Assembly (NCBI RefSeq): GCF_044324785.1
Contig: NZ_CP172127.1
Length of the DNA: 64,000 nucleotides
Source of the DNA: Escherichia coli
GTDB taxonomy: Bacteria; Pseudomonadota; Gammaproteobacteria; Enterobacterales; Enterobacteriaceae
Reading direction: 5' to 3' (one strand)
Shown here: one piece after another, positions 34,443-45,136 of the stretch
How positions within the stretch are numbered: position 1 is the stretch's first letter
Layout of the letters: each line of letters begins with the position of its first letter
Made by a program: the position numbers and the translations under genes
The notes under the pieces: model-generated
Told to the model about the DNA's origin: nothing
Databases searched by the model: none
What the model saw: only the letters and a program-made list of their open reading frames with translations

Positions 34443-35663
34443 GTGGTTGCTGAAAACCAGCCTGGGCACATTGATCAAATAAAGCAGACCAACGCGGGCG
34501 CGGTTTATCGCCTGATTGATCAGCTTGGTCCAGTCTCGCGTATCGATCTTTCCCGTCTGGCGCAACTGGCTCCTGCCAGTATCACCAAAATTGTCCGTGA
34601 GATGCTCGAAGCACACTTGGTGCAAGAGCTGGAAATCAAAGAAGCGGGGAACCGTGGCCGTCCGGCGGTGGGGCTGGTGGTTGAAACTGAAGCCTGGCAC
34701 TATCTTTCTCTGCGCATTAGTCGCGGGGAGATTTTCCTTGCTTTGCGCGATCTGAGCAGCAAACTGGTGGTGGAAGAGTCGCAGGAACTGGCGTTAAAAG
34801 ATGACTTGCCATTGCTGGATCGTATTATTTCCCATATCGATCAGTTTTTTATCCGCCATCAGAAAAAACTTGAGCGTCTGACTTCGATTGCCATTACCTT
34901 GCCGGGAATTATTGATACGGAAAATGGTATTGTACATCGCATGCCGTTCTACGAGGATGTAAAAGAGATGCCGCTCGGCGAGGCGCTGGAGCAGCATACC
35001 GGCGTACCGGTTTATATTCAGCATGATATCAGCGCATGGACGATGGCTGAGGCCTTGTTTGGTGCCTCACGCGGGGCGCGCGATGTGATTCAGGTGGTTA
35101 TCGATCACAACGTGGGGGCGGGCGTCATTACCGATGGTCATCTGCTACACGCAGGCAGCAGTAGCCTCGTGGAAATAGGTCACACGCAGGTCGACCCGTA
35201 TGGGAAACGCTGTTATTGCGGGAATCACGGCTGCCTCGAAACCATCGCCAGTGTGGACAGTATTCTTGAGCTGGCACAGCTGCGTCTTAATCAATCCATG
35301 AGCTCGATGTTACATGGACAGCCGTTAACCGTGGACTCATTGTGTCAGGCGGCATTGCGCGGCGATCTACTGGCAAAAGACATCATTACCGGGGTGGGCG
35401 CGCATGTCGGGCGCATTCTTGCCATCATGGTGAATTTATTTAACCCACAAAAAATACTGATTGGCTCACCGTTAAGTAAAGCGGCAGAAATCCTCTTCCC
35501 GGTCATCTCGGACAGCATCCGTCAGCAGGCCCTTCCTGCGTATAGTCAGCACATTAGCGTTGAGAGTACTCAGTTTTCTAACCAGGGCACGATGGCAGGC
35601 GCTGCGCTGGTAAAAGACGCGATGTATAACGGTTCTTTGTTGATTCGTCTGTTGCAGGGTTAA
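34443..35663 (+). CDS. mlc: ROK-family global repressor Mlc (DgsA), GTG start
   Basis: ORF 406 aa (MVAENQPGHIDQIKQTNAGAVYRLIDQ...), recognised Mlc; first codon GTG. Confidence 0.93.
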   Translation: MVAENQPGHIDQIKQTNAGAVYRLIDQLGPVSRIDLSRLAQLAPASITKIVREMLEAHLVQELEIKEAGNRGRPAVGLVVETEAWHYLSLRISRGEIFLALRDLSSKLVVEESQELALKDDLPLLDRIISHIDQFFIRHQKKLERLTSIAITLPGIIDTENGIVHRMPFYEDVKEMPLGEALEQHTGVPVYIQHDISAWTMAEALFGASRGARDVIQVVIDHNVGAGVITDGHLLHAGSSSLVEIGHTQVDPYGKRCYCGNHGCLETIASVDSILELAQLRLNQSMSSMLHGQPLTVDSLCQAALRGDLLAKDIITGVGAHVGRILAIMVNLFNPQKILIGSPLSKAAEILFPVISDSIRQQALPAYSQHISVESTQFSNQGTMAGAALVKDAMYNGSLLIRLLQG

Positions 35664-35787
35664 CATTTTTTAACTGTTCTACCAAAATTTGCGCTATCTC
35701 AATTTGGGCCAGGAAAGCATAACTTAGACTTTCAAGGTTAATTATTTTCCTGGTTTATATTTGTGAAGCATAACGGTGGAGTTAGTG

Positions 35788-36483
35788 ATGCTGAAGCGTT
35801 TCTTTATTACCGGTACAGACACTTCTGTAGGGAAAACGGTGGTTTCCCGCGCATTGCTACAAGCGTTAGCCTCCCAGGGAAAAACGGTTGCGGGATATAA
35901 ACCCGTAGCGAAGGGGAGCAAAGAGACACCCGAAGGGCTGCGTAATAAAGATGCCCTGGTGTTGCAGAGTGTTTCAACCATCGAACTGCCTTATGAAGCA
36001 GTTAATCCTATCGCGTTAAGCGAAGAAGAAAGTAGCGTGGCGCACAGTTGCCCAATCAATTACACCCTCATTTCAAACGGCCTGGCAAACCTGACCGATA
36101 AAGTCGATCATGTCGTGGTAGAAGGGACTGGCGGCTGGCGCAGTCTGATGAATGATTTGCGTCCGCTCTCTGAATGGGTGGTGCAGGAACAACTGCCGGT
36201 ATTGATGGTTGTCGGTATTCAGGAAGGTTGCATTAACCATGCACTACTAACAGCTCAGGCGATTGCCAACGACGGGCTGCCGCTCATTGGCTGGGTGGCT
36301 AACCGAATCAATCCAGGACTGGCGCATTATGCGGAAATCATTGATGTGCTGGGTAAAAAACTTCCGGCACCGCTCATTGGTGAACTGCCTTATCTGCCGC
36401 GCGCCGAACAGCGTGAACTGGGGCAATACATCCGCTTAGCTATGCTTCGCAGTGTGCTGGCGGTAGATAGAGTCACGGTGTAA
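35788..36483 (+). CDS. ynfK: dethiobiotin synthetase paralog
   Basis: Start at internal Met [24 protein letters not shown]... giving 231 aa; P-loop. Confidence 0.9.
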   Translation: MLKRFFITGTDTSVGKTVVSRALLQALASQGKTVAGYKPVAKGSKETPEGLRNKDALVLQSVSTIELPYEAVNPIALSEEESSVAHSCPINYTLISNGLANLTDKVDHVVVEGTGGWRSLMNDLRPLSEWVVQEQLPVLMVVGIQEGCINHALLTAQAIANDGLPLIGWVANRINPGLAHYAEIIDVLGKKLPAPLIGELPYLPRAEQRELGQYIRLAMLRSVLAVDRVTV

Positions 36484-37692
36484 CGTCCGCGAAATTACCG
36501 ACGCAATTACGCAGGCAATCAATAAACCGGGGAGTAGCTGATACTCCCCGGTCATTTCACATATCATCAACGTCGACATAATCGGCGCGTGCGTGGTTGC
36601 CGCCAACAGTGTCGCCATCCCGGTCAATCCTAGTAAAAGCGTAATTTCTTCCCCGTCAGGGAACCATAATCCCAGGCTACGACCATACAACATGCCAATG
36701 GCAAGACCGATAAATAGTGTCGGTGTAAAGACACCACCGGGCGCGCCAGAACCACTACTCGCCAGCACGGCAAACAGTTTACAGAGGAAGATCCCGGCAA
36801 TGATCATTAACAGTGGCGGGGCGGTTAAAAAGGATTGTACGGTGCTATAGCCGTTGCCCCACACTGCAGGTGTGACCAGGGAAAGCTGACCCACGATTAA
36901 GCCGCCCAGTGCCAGTTGCCAGGGCGGCGCAAGTTTGAGACTTACAAATCCACGATGACAGGCGTTCATTAACGTTAACAACAGTGGTCCGCACAGACCT
37001 GCCAGCACACCTGTACTGATAATCAGCGCATAGTCACGAGCCTGAACCGTCACTGAGAGTTGTACGCTGTAGAGTAACGCGTCGCTATGATTAATCAGAT
37101 TGCTAACCAGCAACGCCACGACGGCGGAAATAATCACCGGGCCGAGAGAGGCCAACATCATAGTGCCAAACAGCACTTCGGCTATAAATAAACTGCCAGC
37201 AAGCGGGGCGCGATAGGCCGCAGCCATTCCCGCCGCAGCTCCACAGGCGATCCATAATTTACACTCCTGGCGTGGCGTAAAACGTTGGGCAAAACAGGAG
37301 GCGGCAAGGGCAGCTAAAAGAATCATCGCACCTTCGCGACCAATTGCACTGCCGCTGGTTACTACCAGCAGCGAGGCAAGGGATTTAACCAGGCTTGCTG
37401 CGTAATCAAACTGCCCATCGGTTTGCAACGCTTCCATGTAATCGGTCGGCGCATGAGGGCGTTGCTGGGTAAATTTCTGCCAGCCCATCAACAACAAACC
37501 CGCCGCCAGTCCGCCGAGCGCCGGAGTTAGCAGCCGTCGCCACGGGGAAAGATTTGTCGCTGCATTGACCAGACTGCCGGAGTCATTATTGAGGAACAAC
37601 CACTCCAGTAGCAGCATTGCATGACGAAACCCGGCAACGGCAAAGGCCGCAAGAATACCGACGACTGTTGCGATAAGCAGACGGCGGAACAT
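36436..37692 (-). CDS. clcB: ClC-family voltage-gated chloride channel
   Basis: Start at internal Met [17 protein letters not shown]... giving 418 aa; 3' end overlaps ynfK convergently. Confidence 0.9.
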   Translation of the reverse strand: MFRRLLIATVVGILAAFAVAGFRHAMLLLEWLFLNNDSGSLVNAATNLSPWRRLLTPALGGLAAGLLLMGWQKFTQQRPHAPTDYMEALQTDGQFDYAASLVKSLASLLVVTSGSAIGREGAMILLAALAASCFAQRFTPRQECKLWIACGAAAGMAAAYRAPLAGSLFIAEVLFGTMMLASLGPVIISAVVALLVSNLINHSDALLYSVQLSVTVQARDYALIISTGVLAGLCGPLLLTLMNACHRGFVSLKLAPPWQLALGGLIVGQLSLVTPAVWGNGYSTVQSFLTAPPLLMIIAGIFLCKLFAVLASSGSGAPGGVFTPTLFIGLAIGMLYGRSLGLWFPDGEEITLLLGLTGMATLLAATTHAPIMSTLMICEMTGEYQLLPGLLIACVIASVISRTLHRDSIYRQHTAKHS

Positions 37693-37886
37693 AGTGCGCA
37701 GATCCGGATAGATGTGTAGATGATGCATGAGCAGAAATGGGCAATGAAACACGGGCGACTATTTTGCGGCAAAAGAGGCCAGCCGCAAAAGCAGTGCGTG
37801 CTTTAAGAGATAAAAAAACGTGACACTGTAACCTATTATTGCCGAATTGCGCGTAATCGTCACCATCCGGCAATAATAAGGTGATC

Positions 37887-38501
37887 CTATCGAAAGAGTG
37901 GTTTAACCGCGACAGGAATTAACAGTTGTGATTGCCATTGCGCCAGCGTTAAGCGAGCCAGTTCACCCAGTGCACGGTAGAAAGGGTGTTCTGCTTTTTC
38001 GATAAAAACGTCAAGAAAACGTGTTGACCACGGAAAAAGGTGCCATGCCAGCAATTCTTCGCATTCTGTCTGGCGACCATTCTCCGCCAACCACGCAGCC
38101 ATCAACAGCAGTGAACCAAAATGATCTTCCGGTTCGTTTTGCTTCATTTCAAACTGAATGCCTTTCTCGCGCATCCACTGACGAAGTGCCAATGTTGAAT
38201 CGCCAAACAGCACAGATTCGCGATCCAGCCAGACCGATCCCCACGGCGGTGACGGCAGTGCCCACGGGCCGACAAACAAACGCTGCCAGGCCTGGGCGTG
38301 AGTCTCTTCACTCTGTGTCTGAAAAGCCGTCACCAGCGGCGCTAATGACGCTTCTGGTAGAGGCCACTGAGTTTCCCAGCCGTCACGGGTGAGTACCGCA
38401 ACCAGGGGGGCGGCTTCCGCACTCTCTGGAGCGTAATAAAACAGCGCGCCCAACACGCGCGCCGCGACAGAAAAATTATCTTGCTGTGAAAAATGGGTCA
38501 T
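37887..38501 (-). CDS. dmsD: Tat proofreading chaperone DmsD
   Basis: Start at internal Met MTHFSQQDNFSVAARVLGALFYYAPESAE... giving 204 aa. Confidence 0.92.
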   Translation of the reverse strand: MTHFSQQDNFSVAARVLGALFYYAPESAEAAPLVAVLTRDGWETQWPLPEASLAPLVTAFQTQSEETHAQAWQRLFVGPWALPSPPWGSVWLDRESVLFGDSTLALRQWMREKGIQFEMKQNEPEDHFGSLLLMAAWLAENGRQTECEELLAWHLFPWSTRFLDVFIEKAEHPFYRALGELARLTLAQWQSQLLIPVAVKPLFR

Positions 38502-38543
38502 TCCTAACATCCTGAAATGTGCGGGTTGCCCCGCACCAATTTG

Positions 38544-39398
38544 TTAACCTGCAATAGCCATTCCTACCGTCATGTGCAGGCCATAAAAGAGCACACGCCC
38601 GATCATCTCACCGCCAAGTATGAGGATTAGCCCCAGAACAAGTCCGGCAACGTGAGGTTCACGGCGACGAATGAGCGGACAAAGCCAGCATCCTAGACCT
38701 GCGCATAACAATACCACACGCCAGACCTGTAAGGAGGCGTAATCTGGTACCAGTGCGCTGGCTTGTTGTACGGATGAGTGAATAGACGCCAGAGACAAAC
38801 CTTGCAGCACAATCACCCCGGCACAAGCGATCAGCGCCAGAACGCTAATGATGGCAAATGGTGTGGTATTAAATGTAACGCGGGCTGCCCGCAGAATTGC
38901 GGCAGCAAGTATTGGACCACTCAATAATACTGTCAGGAAGAAAGCCAGCGTAGTGTAACCGTTATGCCAGGTTGGCACAGTGTCGATTTGATACACGCCG
39001 GTCATCATCCAGACGAAAATGACGCCGAGCGCCATGCTGACAAGTAACCAGAGTTTCCCCAACGCTTGCGGCATTTTACCGATGACCGCCACCAGCCACC
39101 ATAATCCGCCAACGGCAAAAAATATTGAACCGGCAGCAATCTCGTTACTCAGACCAGAAGCACCGATTCGATTCAGCGAGTTAAACGCTCGCAGTGGCGA
39201 TCCCAGGTGCATGACAGAGGCAATAAACCCGATGCCCATCAACAGCCAGAGGAAAAACATGCCACGAACAATGTGCTGACGGTCTGCGTCATTTTTGGCG
39301 GCGAACCAGCCAATTCCGCTAACAATCAGCGCGCCTACTACGCATTGACCCAATACGGTAAAGATAACCAGTGGCCATTCATGCCATCCATTTCCAAT
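38544..39398 (-). CDS. ynfH: DmsC-like membrane anchor subunit; homology-supported N-terminus begins at an ATT codon
   Basis: 284 codons counted from the codon encoding I in ...KCKIGNGWHEWPLVIF...; this ATT lies 1 nt after the ynfG stop; no in-frame ATG/GTG/TTG in the preceding 18 codons. Confidence 0.8.
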   Translation of the reverse strand: MGNGWHEWPLVIFTVLGQCVVGALIVSGIGWFAAKNDADRQHIVRGMFFLWLLMGIGFIASVMHLGSPLRAFNSLNRIGASGLSNEIAAGSIFFAVGGLWWLVAVIGKMPQALGKLWLLVSMALGVIFVWMMTGVYQIDTVPTWHNGYTTLAFFLTVLLSGPILAAAILRAARVTFNTTPFAIISVLALIACAGVIVLQGLSLASIHSSVQQASALVPDYASLQVWRVVLLCAGLGCWLCPLIRRREPHVAGLVLGLILILGGEMIGRVLFYGLHMTVGMAIAG

Positions 39399-39399
39399 T

Positions 39400-40017
39400 T
39401 TACACTTCCTCCGGATTAGCCAGATAACCAGTGGTATCGCCGGTCGGGCGGCTGTTGGCGTTAGGTTTGATAACGATATTGGGTTTTGTGAAATGCGCGC
39501 GCGGCAGTGGCGCGACGGCAGCCAGAGTGCCGTACTTCTGGCGCAGCTCTTCAATTGGACCGAACTCAAGTGCACGCAGCGGGCAGGATTCGACACATAT
39601 GGGTTGTTTCCCCTCGGCGACGCGCGAATAACAACCATCGCACTTCGTCATGTGCCCTTTTTCAGCATTGTACTGTGGCGCGCCGTACGGACAAGCCATG
39701 TGGCAGTAGCGGCAGCCGATACAAACATCTTCATCAACCACCACAAAGCCATCTTCACGCTTATGCATTGCGCCGCTGGGGCAGACTTTTGTACATGCGG
39801 GGTCATCGCAATGGTTACAGGAGATGGAGAGATAATAAGCGAACACGTTCTGGTGCCAGACGCCATTATCTTCCTGCCAGTCGCCGCCAGCATATTCATA
39901 AATACGGCGGAAACTGACTTCCGGGCCAAGATCTTTAAAATCTTTGCACGCCAGTTCGCAGGTTTTACAGCCAGTACAGCGGCTGGAATCGATAAAAAAT
40001 CCATATTGTGTGGTCAT
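39400..40017 (-). CDS. ynfG: 4Fe-4S ferredoxin subunit (DmsB paralog)
   Basis: ORF 205 aa with four Cys clusters (CTGCKTCELAC, CIGCRYCHMACP). Confidence 0.93.
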   Translation of the reverse strand: MTTQYGFFIDSSRCTGCKTCELACKDFKDLGPEVSFRRIYEYAGGDWQEDNGVWHQNVFAYYLSISCNHCDDPACTKVCPSGAMHKREDGFVVVDEDVCIGCRYCHMACPYGAPQYNAEKGHMTKCDGCYSRVAEGKQPICVESCPLRALEFGPIEELRQKYGTLAAVAPLPRAHFTKPNIVIKPNANSRPTGDTTGYLANPEEV

Positions 40018-40027
40018 GGGCTACTCC

Positions 40028-42451
40028 TTAAACCTTTTCGATCTGGACAAGATTGCTGTGCGACGGGTTTCCCTTTGCCAGCGGTGAAGGGCGGTGAGAG
40101 GTCAGAATATTAATACTGCCGCCGTGATCGACCCGGTCACCAAACATATCCGCTTTAAGCCACGCACCTTGCCCGATGGCGGTAACGCCAGGCAGAATAC
40201 GCGGAGTCACTTTTGCGGCAATCAGCATTTCTCCATTATTGTTAAATACCCGCACGGTATCGCCATGACGGATACCGCGTGCCTGAGCATCAATAGGGTT
40301 GATCCACACCTCTTGTGGGCAGGCCTGCTGTAACACATCAATATTGCCGTAGCTGGAGTGGGTACGCGCTTTGTAGTGGAAGCCCGTTAACTGCAGTGGA
40401 TAGGTTTTCCGCAGGGGATCGTCCCAGCCATCAAAACCTGGGGTATACGCAGGAAGGGGATGAATAATTTCATCTTTTTTCAATTCCCAGGTATCCGCAA
40501 TCGTCGCCAGTCGTTCAGAATAAATTTCGATTTTCCCCGAAGGTGTTTTCAACGGGTTTGCCTGTGGATCTTCACGGAATGCGCGGAAAGCGACGTAGTG
40601 TTCTTCCGGGCATTTTTTCTTAAAGATCCCGGTCGTTTTCATCTCCTCGTAGTCGGGCATCTCAGGGTTACGTTCCTTCGTTTTCGCATGGAGATATTTG
40701 ATCCATTCGTGCTGACTGCGGTCTTCAGTAAAGGTTTGATAAACGTCTGGTCCTAAGCGTTTGGCGACTTCGCTCAGCATCCAGTAGATGGGTTTGCGTT
40801 CAAATTTTGCTGAGGTTGCGGGTTGGGCGAGGATCACATAGCCCATATTCCCGGCAGATTCGTGAGAGATAAGGTCTTCTTGCTCTGTTGGCATCAGGTC
40901 GGGCAACAGGATATCGCAATACTTAGCCGAGGCAGTCATGAAGTGGTCAATGCCAACAATCATCTCGCACTTGCTGTCATCCTGAAGCACCTCATGGGTG
41001 TGATTGATGTCGCCATGTTGATTGATCAATGTGTTACTGGCGTAGCACCATAAAAACTTGATGGGGACATCCAGTTTTTCTTTTCCACGAACACCATCAC
41101 GGGTCGCGGTCATTTCCGTACCGTGGTCGATGGCATCTGTCCATGTAAAGACGGAAATCTGCGTTTTAACAGGATTCTCGAGCATCGGGAACCATTCTAC
41201 CCCCAGATCCCAGCTACCTTCGCGTACACCTGAGTTGCCGCCGTTTATGCCGACGTTACCGGTGAGAACGGAAAGCATGGCAATAGCGCGGGACGTTTGC
41301 TCGCCGTTGGAGTGTCGTTGTGGCCCCCAACCCTGACAAATATAAGCAGGTTTTGCTGAACCGATCTCTCGTGCCAACTGGATAATTTTTTCTGCCGGTA
41401 TGCTGGTGATTTTTGCTGCCCATTCCGGCGTTTTAGCTATGCCGTCAGGCCCTTCGCCCAGAATATAGGCTTTATAATGCGCGTTACGTGGTGCGTTGGC
41501 GGGCAGCGTTTTTTCATCGTAACCAACACAATATTTGTCGAGAAATGGCTGATCGACCATGTTTTCAGTAATCAGTACCCAGGCAATCGCACAGGCCAGT
41601 GCGCCATCGGTGCCTGGGCGAATTGGCAGCCATTCATCTTCACGCCCGGCAGCAGTGTCGTTATAACGTGGATCGATGACGATCATGCGTGCGTTTGAAC
41701 GTTCTCGGGCTTGCTCGACGTAGTAAGTGACACCACCGCCGCTCATCCGGGTTTCTGCCGGGTTATTTCCGAACATAACGACCAGTTTCGTATTGGCGAT
41801 ATCATCCGGGCTGTTGCCATCATTGGCACCGAACATATAACTCATTGCGGCACTGATCTGTGCGGTACTGTAGCTACCATAGCGACTGAGAAAACCACCG
41901 CAAGAGTTCATCAGACGGTACGGGACGTTTGAGTTGGTGATGTTTCCGCCATCTACGCCTGTTCCGTACAGGACATGTACAGCCTCATTGCCGTAATCTT
42001 TTAGGATCCGCCGAAGATTATCACTGATGGTATCCAGGGCTTCGTCCCAACTTATCCGTTCAAATTTACCTTCACCGCGCTTGCCGACGCGCTTCATGGG
42101 ATATTTCAGCCGATCAGGATGATTCATCCGTCGGCGGATAGAGCGCCCGCGTAAACACGCCCGAACCTGATGATTACCGTAAACGTCGTCACCTGTCGTA
42201 TCAGACTCCACCCAGTACACAGTGTCATCTTTCACATGCAAACGTAACAGACAGCGGCTCCCGCAGTTAACGGTGCAGGAACTCCAGACCGCTTTCTCTT
42301 CTACCGGTGCCTCTGCCGCTCGGACCATTTGGGAAAATGGCAGAGTGAAAGCACTGCTTGCCAGCGCGAGACTGCCAAGTGCGGAGGTTTTCATCAGACT
42401 TCTACGGCTGATTTCAGCCTTCATGAGCGCCTCTGTGGTATGGAATTTCAT
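40028..42451 (-). CDS. ynfF: Tat-exported molybdopterin oxidoreductase (DmsA paralog)
   Basis: ORF of 808 aa with twin-arginine signal SRRSLMK; start placed at second Met giving 807 aa. Confidence 0.9.
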   Translation of the reverse strand: MKFHTTEALMKAEISRRSLMKTSALGSLALASSAFTLPFSQMVRAAEAPVEEKAVWSSCTVNCGSRCLLRLHVKDDTVYWVESDTTGDDVYGNHQVRACLRGRSIRRRMNHPDRLKYPMKRVGKRGEGKFERISWDEALDTISDNLRRILKDYGNEAVHVLYGTGVDGGNITNSNVPYRLMNSCGGFLSRYGSYSTAQISAAMSYMFGANDGNSPDDIANTKLVVMFGNNPAETRMSGGGVTYYVEQARERSNARMIVIDPRYNDTAAGREDEWLPIRPGTDGALACAIAWVLITENMVDQPFLDKYCVGYDEKTLPANAPRNAHYKAYILGEGPDGIAKTPEWAAKITSIPAEKIIQLAREIGSAKPAYICQGWGPQRHSNGEQTSRAIAMLSVLTGNVGINGGNSGVREGSWDLGVEWFPMLENPVKTQISVFTWTDAIDHGTEMTATRDGVRGKEKLDVPIKFLWCYASNTLINQHGDINHTHEVLQDDSKCEMIVGIDHFMTASAKYCDILLPDLMPTEQEDLISHESAGNMGYVILAQPATSAKFERKPIYWMLSEVAKRLGPDVYQTFTEDRSQHEWIKYLHAKTKERNPEMPDYEEMKTTGIFKKKCPEEHYVAFRAFREDPQANPLKTPSGKIEIYSERLATIADTWELKKDEIIHPLPAYTPGFDGWDDPLRKTYPLQLTGFHYKARTHSSYGNIDVLQQACPQEVWINPIDAQARGIRHGDTVRVFNNNGEMLIAAKVTPRILPGVTAIGQGAWLKADMFGDRVDHGGSINILTSHRPSPLAKGNPSHSNLVQIEKV

Positions 42452-42511
42452 CATTACTCACTTATTGCTTTTCAAACAAAATGTCATGCCAGAATTTATG
42501 GTTGTAGTGGG

Positions 42512-44938
42512 TTATATTTTTTCGATCTCGACCAGATTAGTGTGCTGCGGGTTTCCCTTCGCCAGTGGTGAAGGGCGCAGAGTGGTTAGCGTATTCACAC
42601 AGCCGCCGTGGTCGATTTTATCGCCAGACATATTGGCCTCGTGCCAGGCTCCCTGACCCATAGCGCTAACTCCAGGAAGAATGCGTGGTGTCACTTTGGC
42701 TGGTAGCCGAACTTCGCCACGATGGTTAAACACCCGCACCATATCGCCGTTGGCAATCCCACGTTTCTGTGCATCTATAGGGTTGATCCACACTTCCTGA
42801 CGGCAGGCTGCCTTCAGGACATCAATGTTGCCGTAGGTCGAGTGAGTACGGGATTTGTAATGGAAACCAAACAGTTGCAGTGGGAAGGTACTACGTTCAG
42901 GGGAGTCCCAGCCTTCAAAGGTTGAGGCATAAACCGGCAGTGGGCTTATCACTTCATCTTTTTCCAGTTCCCAGGTACGGGCAATTTCCGCCAGCTTGCT
43001 GGAATAAATTTCAATCTTACCGGAAGGCGTTTTAAGTGGATTTGCCTCGGGGTCGTCACGAAATGCTTTGTAGGCGACAAAATGACCATTGGGATCTTTA
43101 CGCTTATAGATACCCATTTTTTTCAGTTCGTCGTAAGACGGTAACGCCGGATCTTTGGCAAGCATTTTGGCGTACAGATGTTGTAACCATTGTTCCTGCG
43201 TGCGACCTTCAGTGAACTTTTGATAGACGTCAGGTCCAAGACGTTTCGCGACTTCACTCAGGATCCAGTAAATCGGTTTGCGTTCGAATTTTTCGCTGGT
43301 GACAGGCTGGAGGAAAATGAGATATCCCATGTTACCGGTGTAGTCGTTAGGAATAATATCTTCCTGCTCAACGGTCATCAGGTCTGGCAGCAGAATGTCG
43401 GCATATTTTGCCGATGAGGTCATAAAGTTTTCGATGACCACAATCATTTCGCATTTCGATTCGTCCTGCAGAATTTCATGCGTTTTGTTGATGTCAGAAT
43501 GCTGATTAACCAGGGTATTTCCCGCGTAGTTCCAGATGAACTTAATGGGCACATCCAGTTTATCTTTGCCCCGGACGCCGTCGCGGATTGCCGTCATTTG
43601 CGGGCCATGATCGATAGCATCCGTCCAGCTGAAGCAGGAGATTGACGTTTTGACCGGATTATCAAGCACCGGCAGGCGTTCTATGGTAATGGTATAGGTC
43701 GATTCACGCGCGCCACTATTCCCGCCGCTGATGCCGACATTGCCCGTCAGAATAGGCAACATCGCAATAGCGCGTGCAGTCAGCTCGCCGTTTGCCTGGC
43801 GTTGCGGTCCCCAGCCCTGGCAGATATAAGCGGGTTTTGCTGTGCCAATTTCACGCGCCAGTTTGATGATACGGTCCACCGGGATACCGGTAATTTGCGA
43901 AGCCCACTGCGGCGTTTTCGCTGTTTTATCGTCACCTTCACCAAGAATATAGGCTTTATAGTGACCATTTTTTGGTGCATCTGCGGGTAAGGTTTTTTCG
44001 TCATAGCCGACGCAGTATTTATCGAGAAAAGGTTGATCAACGAGATTTTCGTTAATCAATACCCAGGCAATACCCGCAACCAGCGCGGCATCGGTGCCCG
44101 GGCGAATAGGAAGCCATTCGTCTTCACGACCGGCAGCCGTATCGGTATATCGCGGATCGATAACAATCATTTTTGCGTTCGATTTCTCGCGCGCTTTTTC
44201 AAGAAGATAAGTGATGCCACCGCCGCTCATGCGGGTTTCTGCCGGGTTGTTACCAAACATCACGACCAGCTTGCTGTTTTCAATATCCGTGGTGCTGTTG
44301 CCATCATTACTGCCGTAGGTGTAGGGCATGGCACAGGAAATTTGCGCGGTGCTGTAGGAGCCATACTGATTGAGTGAACCGCCGTAGCAGTTCATCAGGC
44401 GTTTGACCGCCGAGGCTGATGGTGAAGAGCGGGTCATATTGCCGCCAACAATCCCCGAAGAGTACTGAATATATACAGCCTCATTGCCATATTGTTCGAC
44501 GGTTTTTTTCAGGCTACTGGCGATAGTATCCAGGGCTTCATCCCAGCTAATCCGTTCGAATTTGCCTTCGCCGCGTTTGCCCACGCGTTTCATTGGGTAA
44601 TTCAAGCGATCGGGATGATTAATACGCCGACGGATGGAGCGACCGCGCAAACAGGCACGTACTTGATGATTGCCATACTCGTCGTTGCCGGTGTTGTCAG
44701 TTTCCACCCAGGTCACTTCATTATCTTTAACATGCAGACGAAGTGCACAGCGGCTACCACAGTTGACGGAACAGGCACCCCAGACCACTTTCTCGCTGGC
44801 CTGTTGTACCGCTGCCGCTGCACTGCGCAGGGTGAACGGTAAAGAAAAACCGCCTGCAGCCAGCGCCAGAGAACCTATCGCGGTAGATTTAACGAGTGTT
44901 CTGCGGCTGATGCCCACCATTTGTTCATTTTTGGACAT
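42512..44938 (-). CDS. ynfE: Tat-exported molybdopterin oxidoreductase (DmsA paralog)
   Basis: ORF 808 aa with twin-arginine signal SRRTLVK; long collinear similarity to ynfF. Confidence 0.92.
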   Translation of the reverse strand: MSKNEQMVGISRRTLVKSTAIGSLALAAGGFSLPFTLRSAAAAVQQASEKVVWGACSVNCGSRCALRLHVKDNEVTWVETDNTGNDEYGNHQVRACLRGRSIRRRINHPDRLNYPMKRVGKRGEGKFERISWDEALDTIASSLKKTVEQYGNEAVYIQYSSGIVGGNMTRSSPSASAVKRLMNCYGGSLNQYGSYSTAQISCAMPYTYGSNDGNSTTDIENSKLVVMFGNNPAETRMSGGGITYLLEKAREKSNAKMIVIDPRYTDTAAGREDEWLPIRPGTDAALVAGIAWVLINENLVDQPFLDKYCVGYDEKTLPADAPKNGHYKAYILGEGDDKTAKTPQWASQITGIPVDRIIKLAREIGTAKPAYICQGWGPQRQANGELTARAIAMLPILTGNVGISGGNSGARESTYTITIERLPVLDNPVKTSISCFSWTDAIDHGPQMTAIRDGVRGKDKLDVPIKFIWNYAGNTLVNQHSDINKTHEILQDESKCEMIVVIENFMTSSAKYADILLPDLMTVEQEDIIPNDYTGNMGYLIFLQPVTSEKFERKPIYWILSEVAKRLGPDVYQKFTEGRTQEQWLQHLYAKMLAKDPALPSYDELKKMGIYKRKDPNGHFVAYKAFRDDPEANPLKTPSGKIEIYSSKLAEIARTWELEKDEVISPLPVYASTFEGWDSPERSTFPLQLFGFHYKSRTHSTYGNIDVLKAACRQEVWINPIDAQKRGIANGDMVRVFNHRGEVRLPAKVTPRILPGVSAMGQGAWHEANMSGDKIDHGGCVNTLTTLRPSPLAKGNPQHTNLVEIEKI

Positions 44939-45037
44939 AACTCACTCCCTGTTCTTTATCGTTATATAAAAGTTTATATATTGAATATTTAGCGCGCTAA
45001 CAATAGAGGGAGTCTACCTATTTTGGGTTAAGAATTA

Positions 45038-45051
45038 TTAATCCATATCAA
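45038..45051. promoter_or_regulatory. FNR-box-like site TTAAT-N4-ATCAA upstream of ynfE
   Basis: Near-consensus FNR half-sites about 100 bp upstream of ynfE start; operon encodes anaerobic reductase paralogs. Confidence 0.35.
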
Positions 45052-45097
45052 TAGAAGGGTATGAGTAATAAGGTGGGATTATGTTGTATGTTCAAAT

Positions 45098-45120
45098 CGC
45101 CGGATGTGTCGTATCCGGCG
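45098..45120. repeat. REP-like GC-rich hairpin after ynfD
   Basis: CGCCGGAT-gtgtcgt-ATCCGGCG inverted repeat between ynfD stop and ynfE upstream region. Confidence 0.5.
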
Positions 45121-45136
45121 TTCAGTCGATAATGTG

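Noticed and set aside
39493-40113. 206-aa and 136-aa plus-strand ORFs overlapping ynfG and ynfF
   Set aside because: Antisense to well-supported Fe-S and molybdoenzyme genes; Arg/Ala-rich composition typical of reverse frames.
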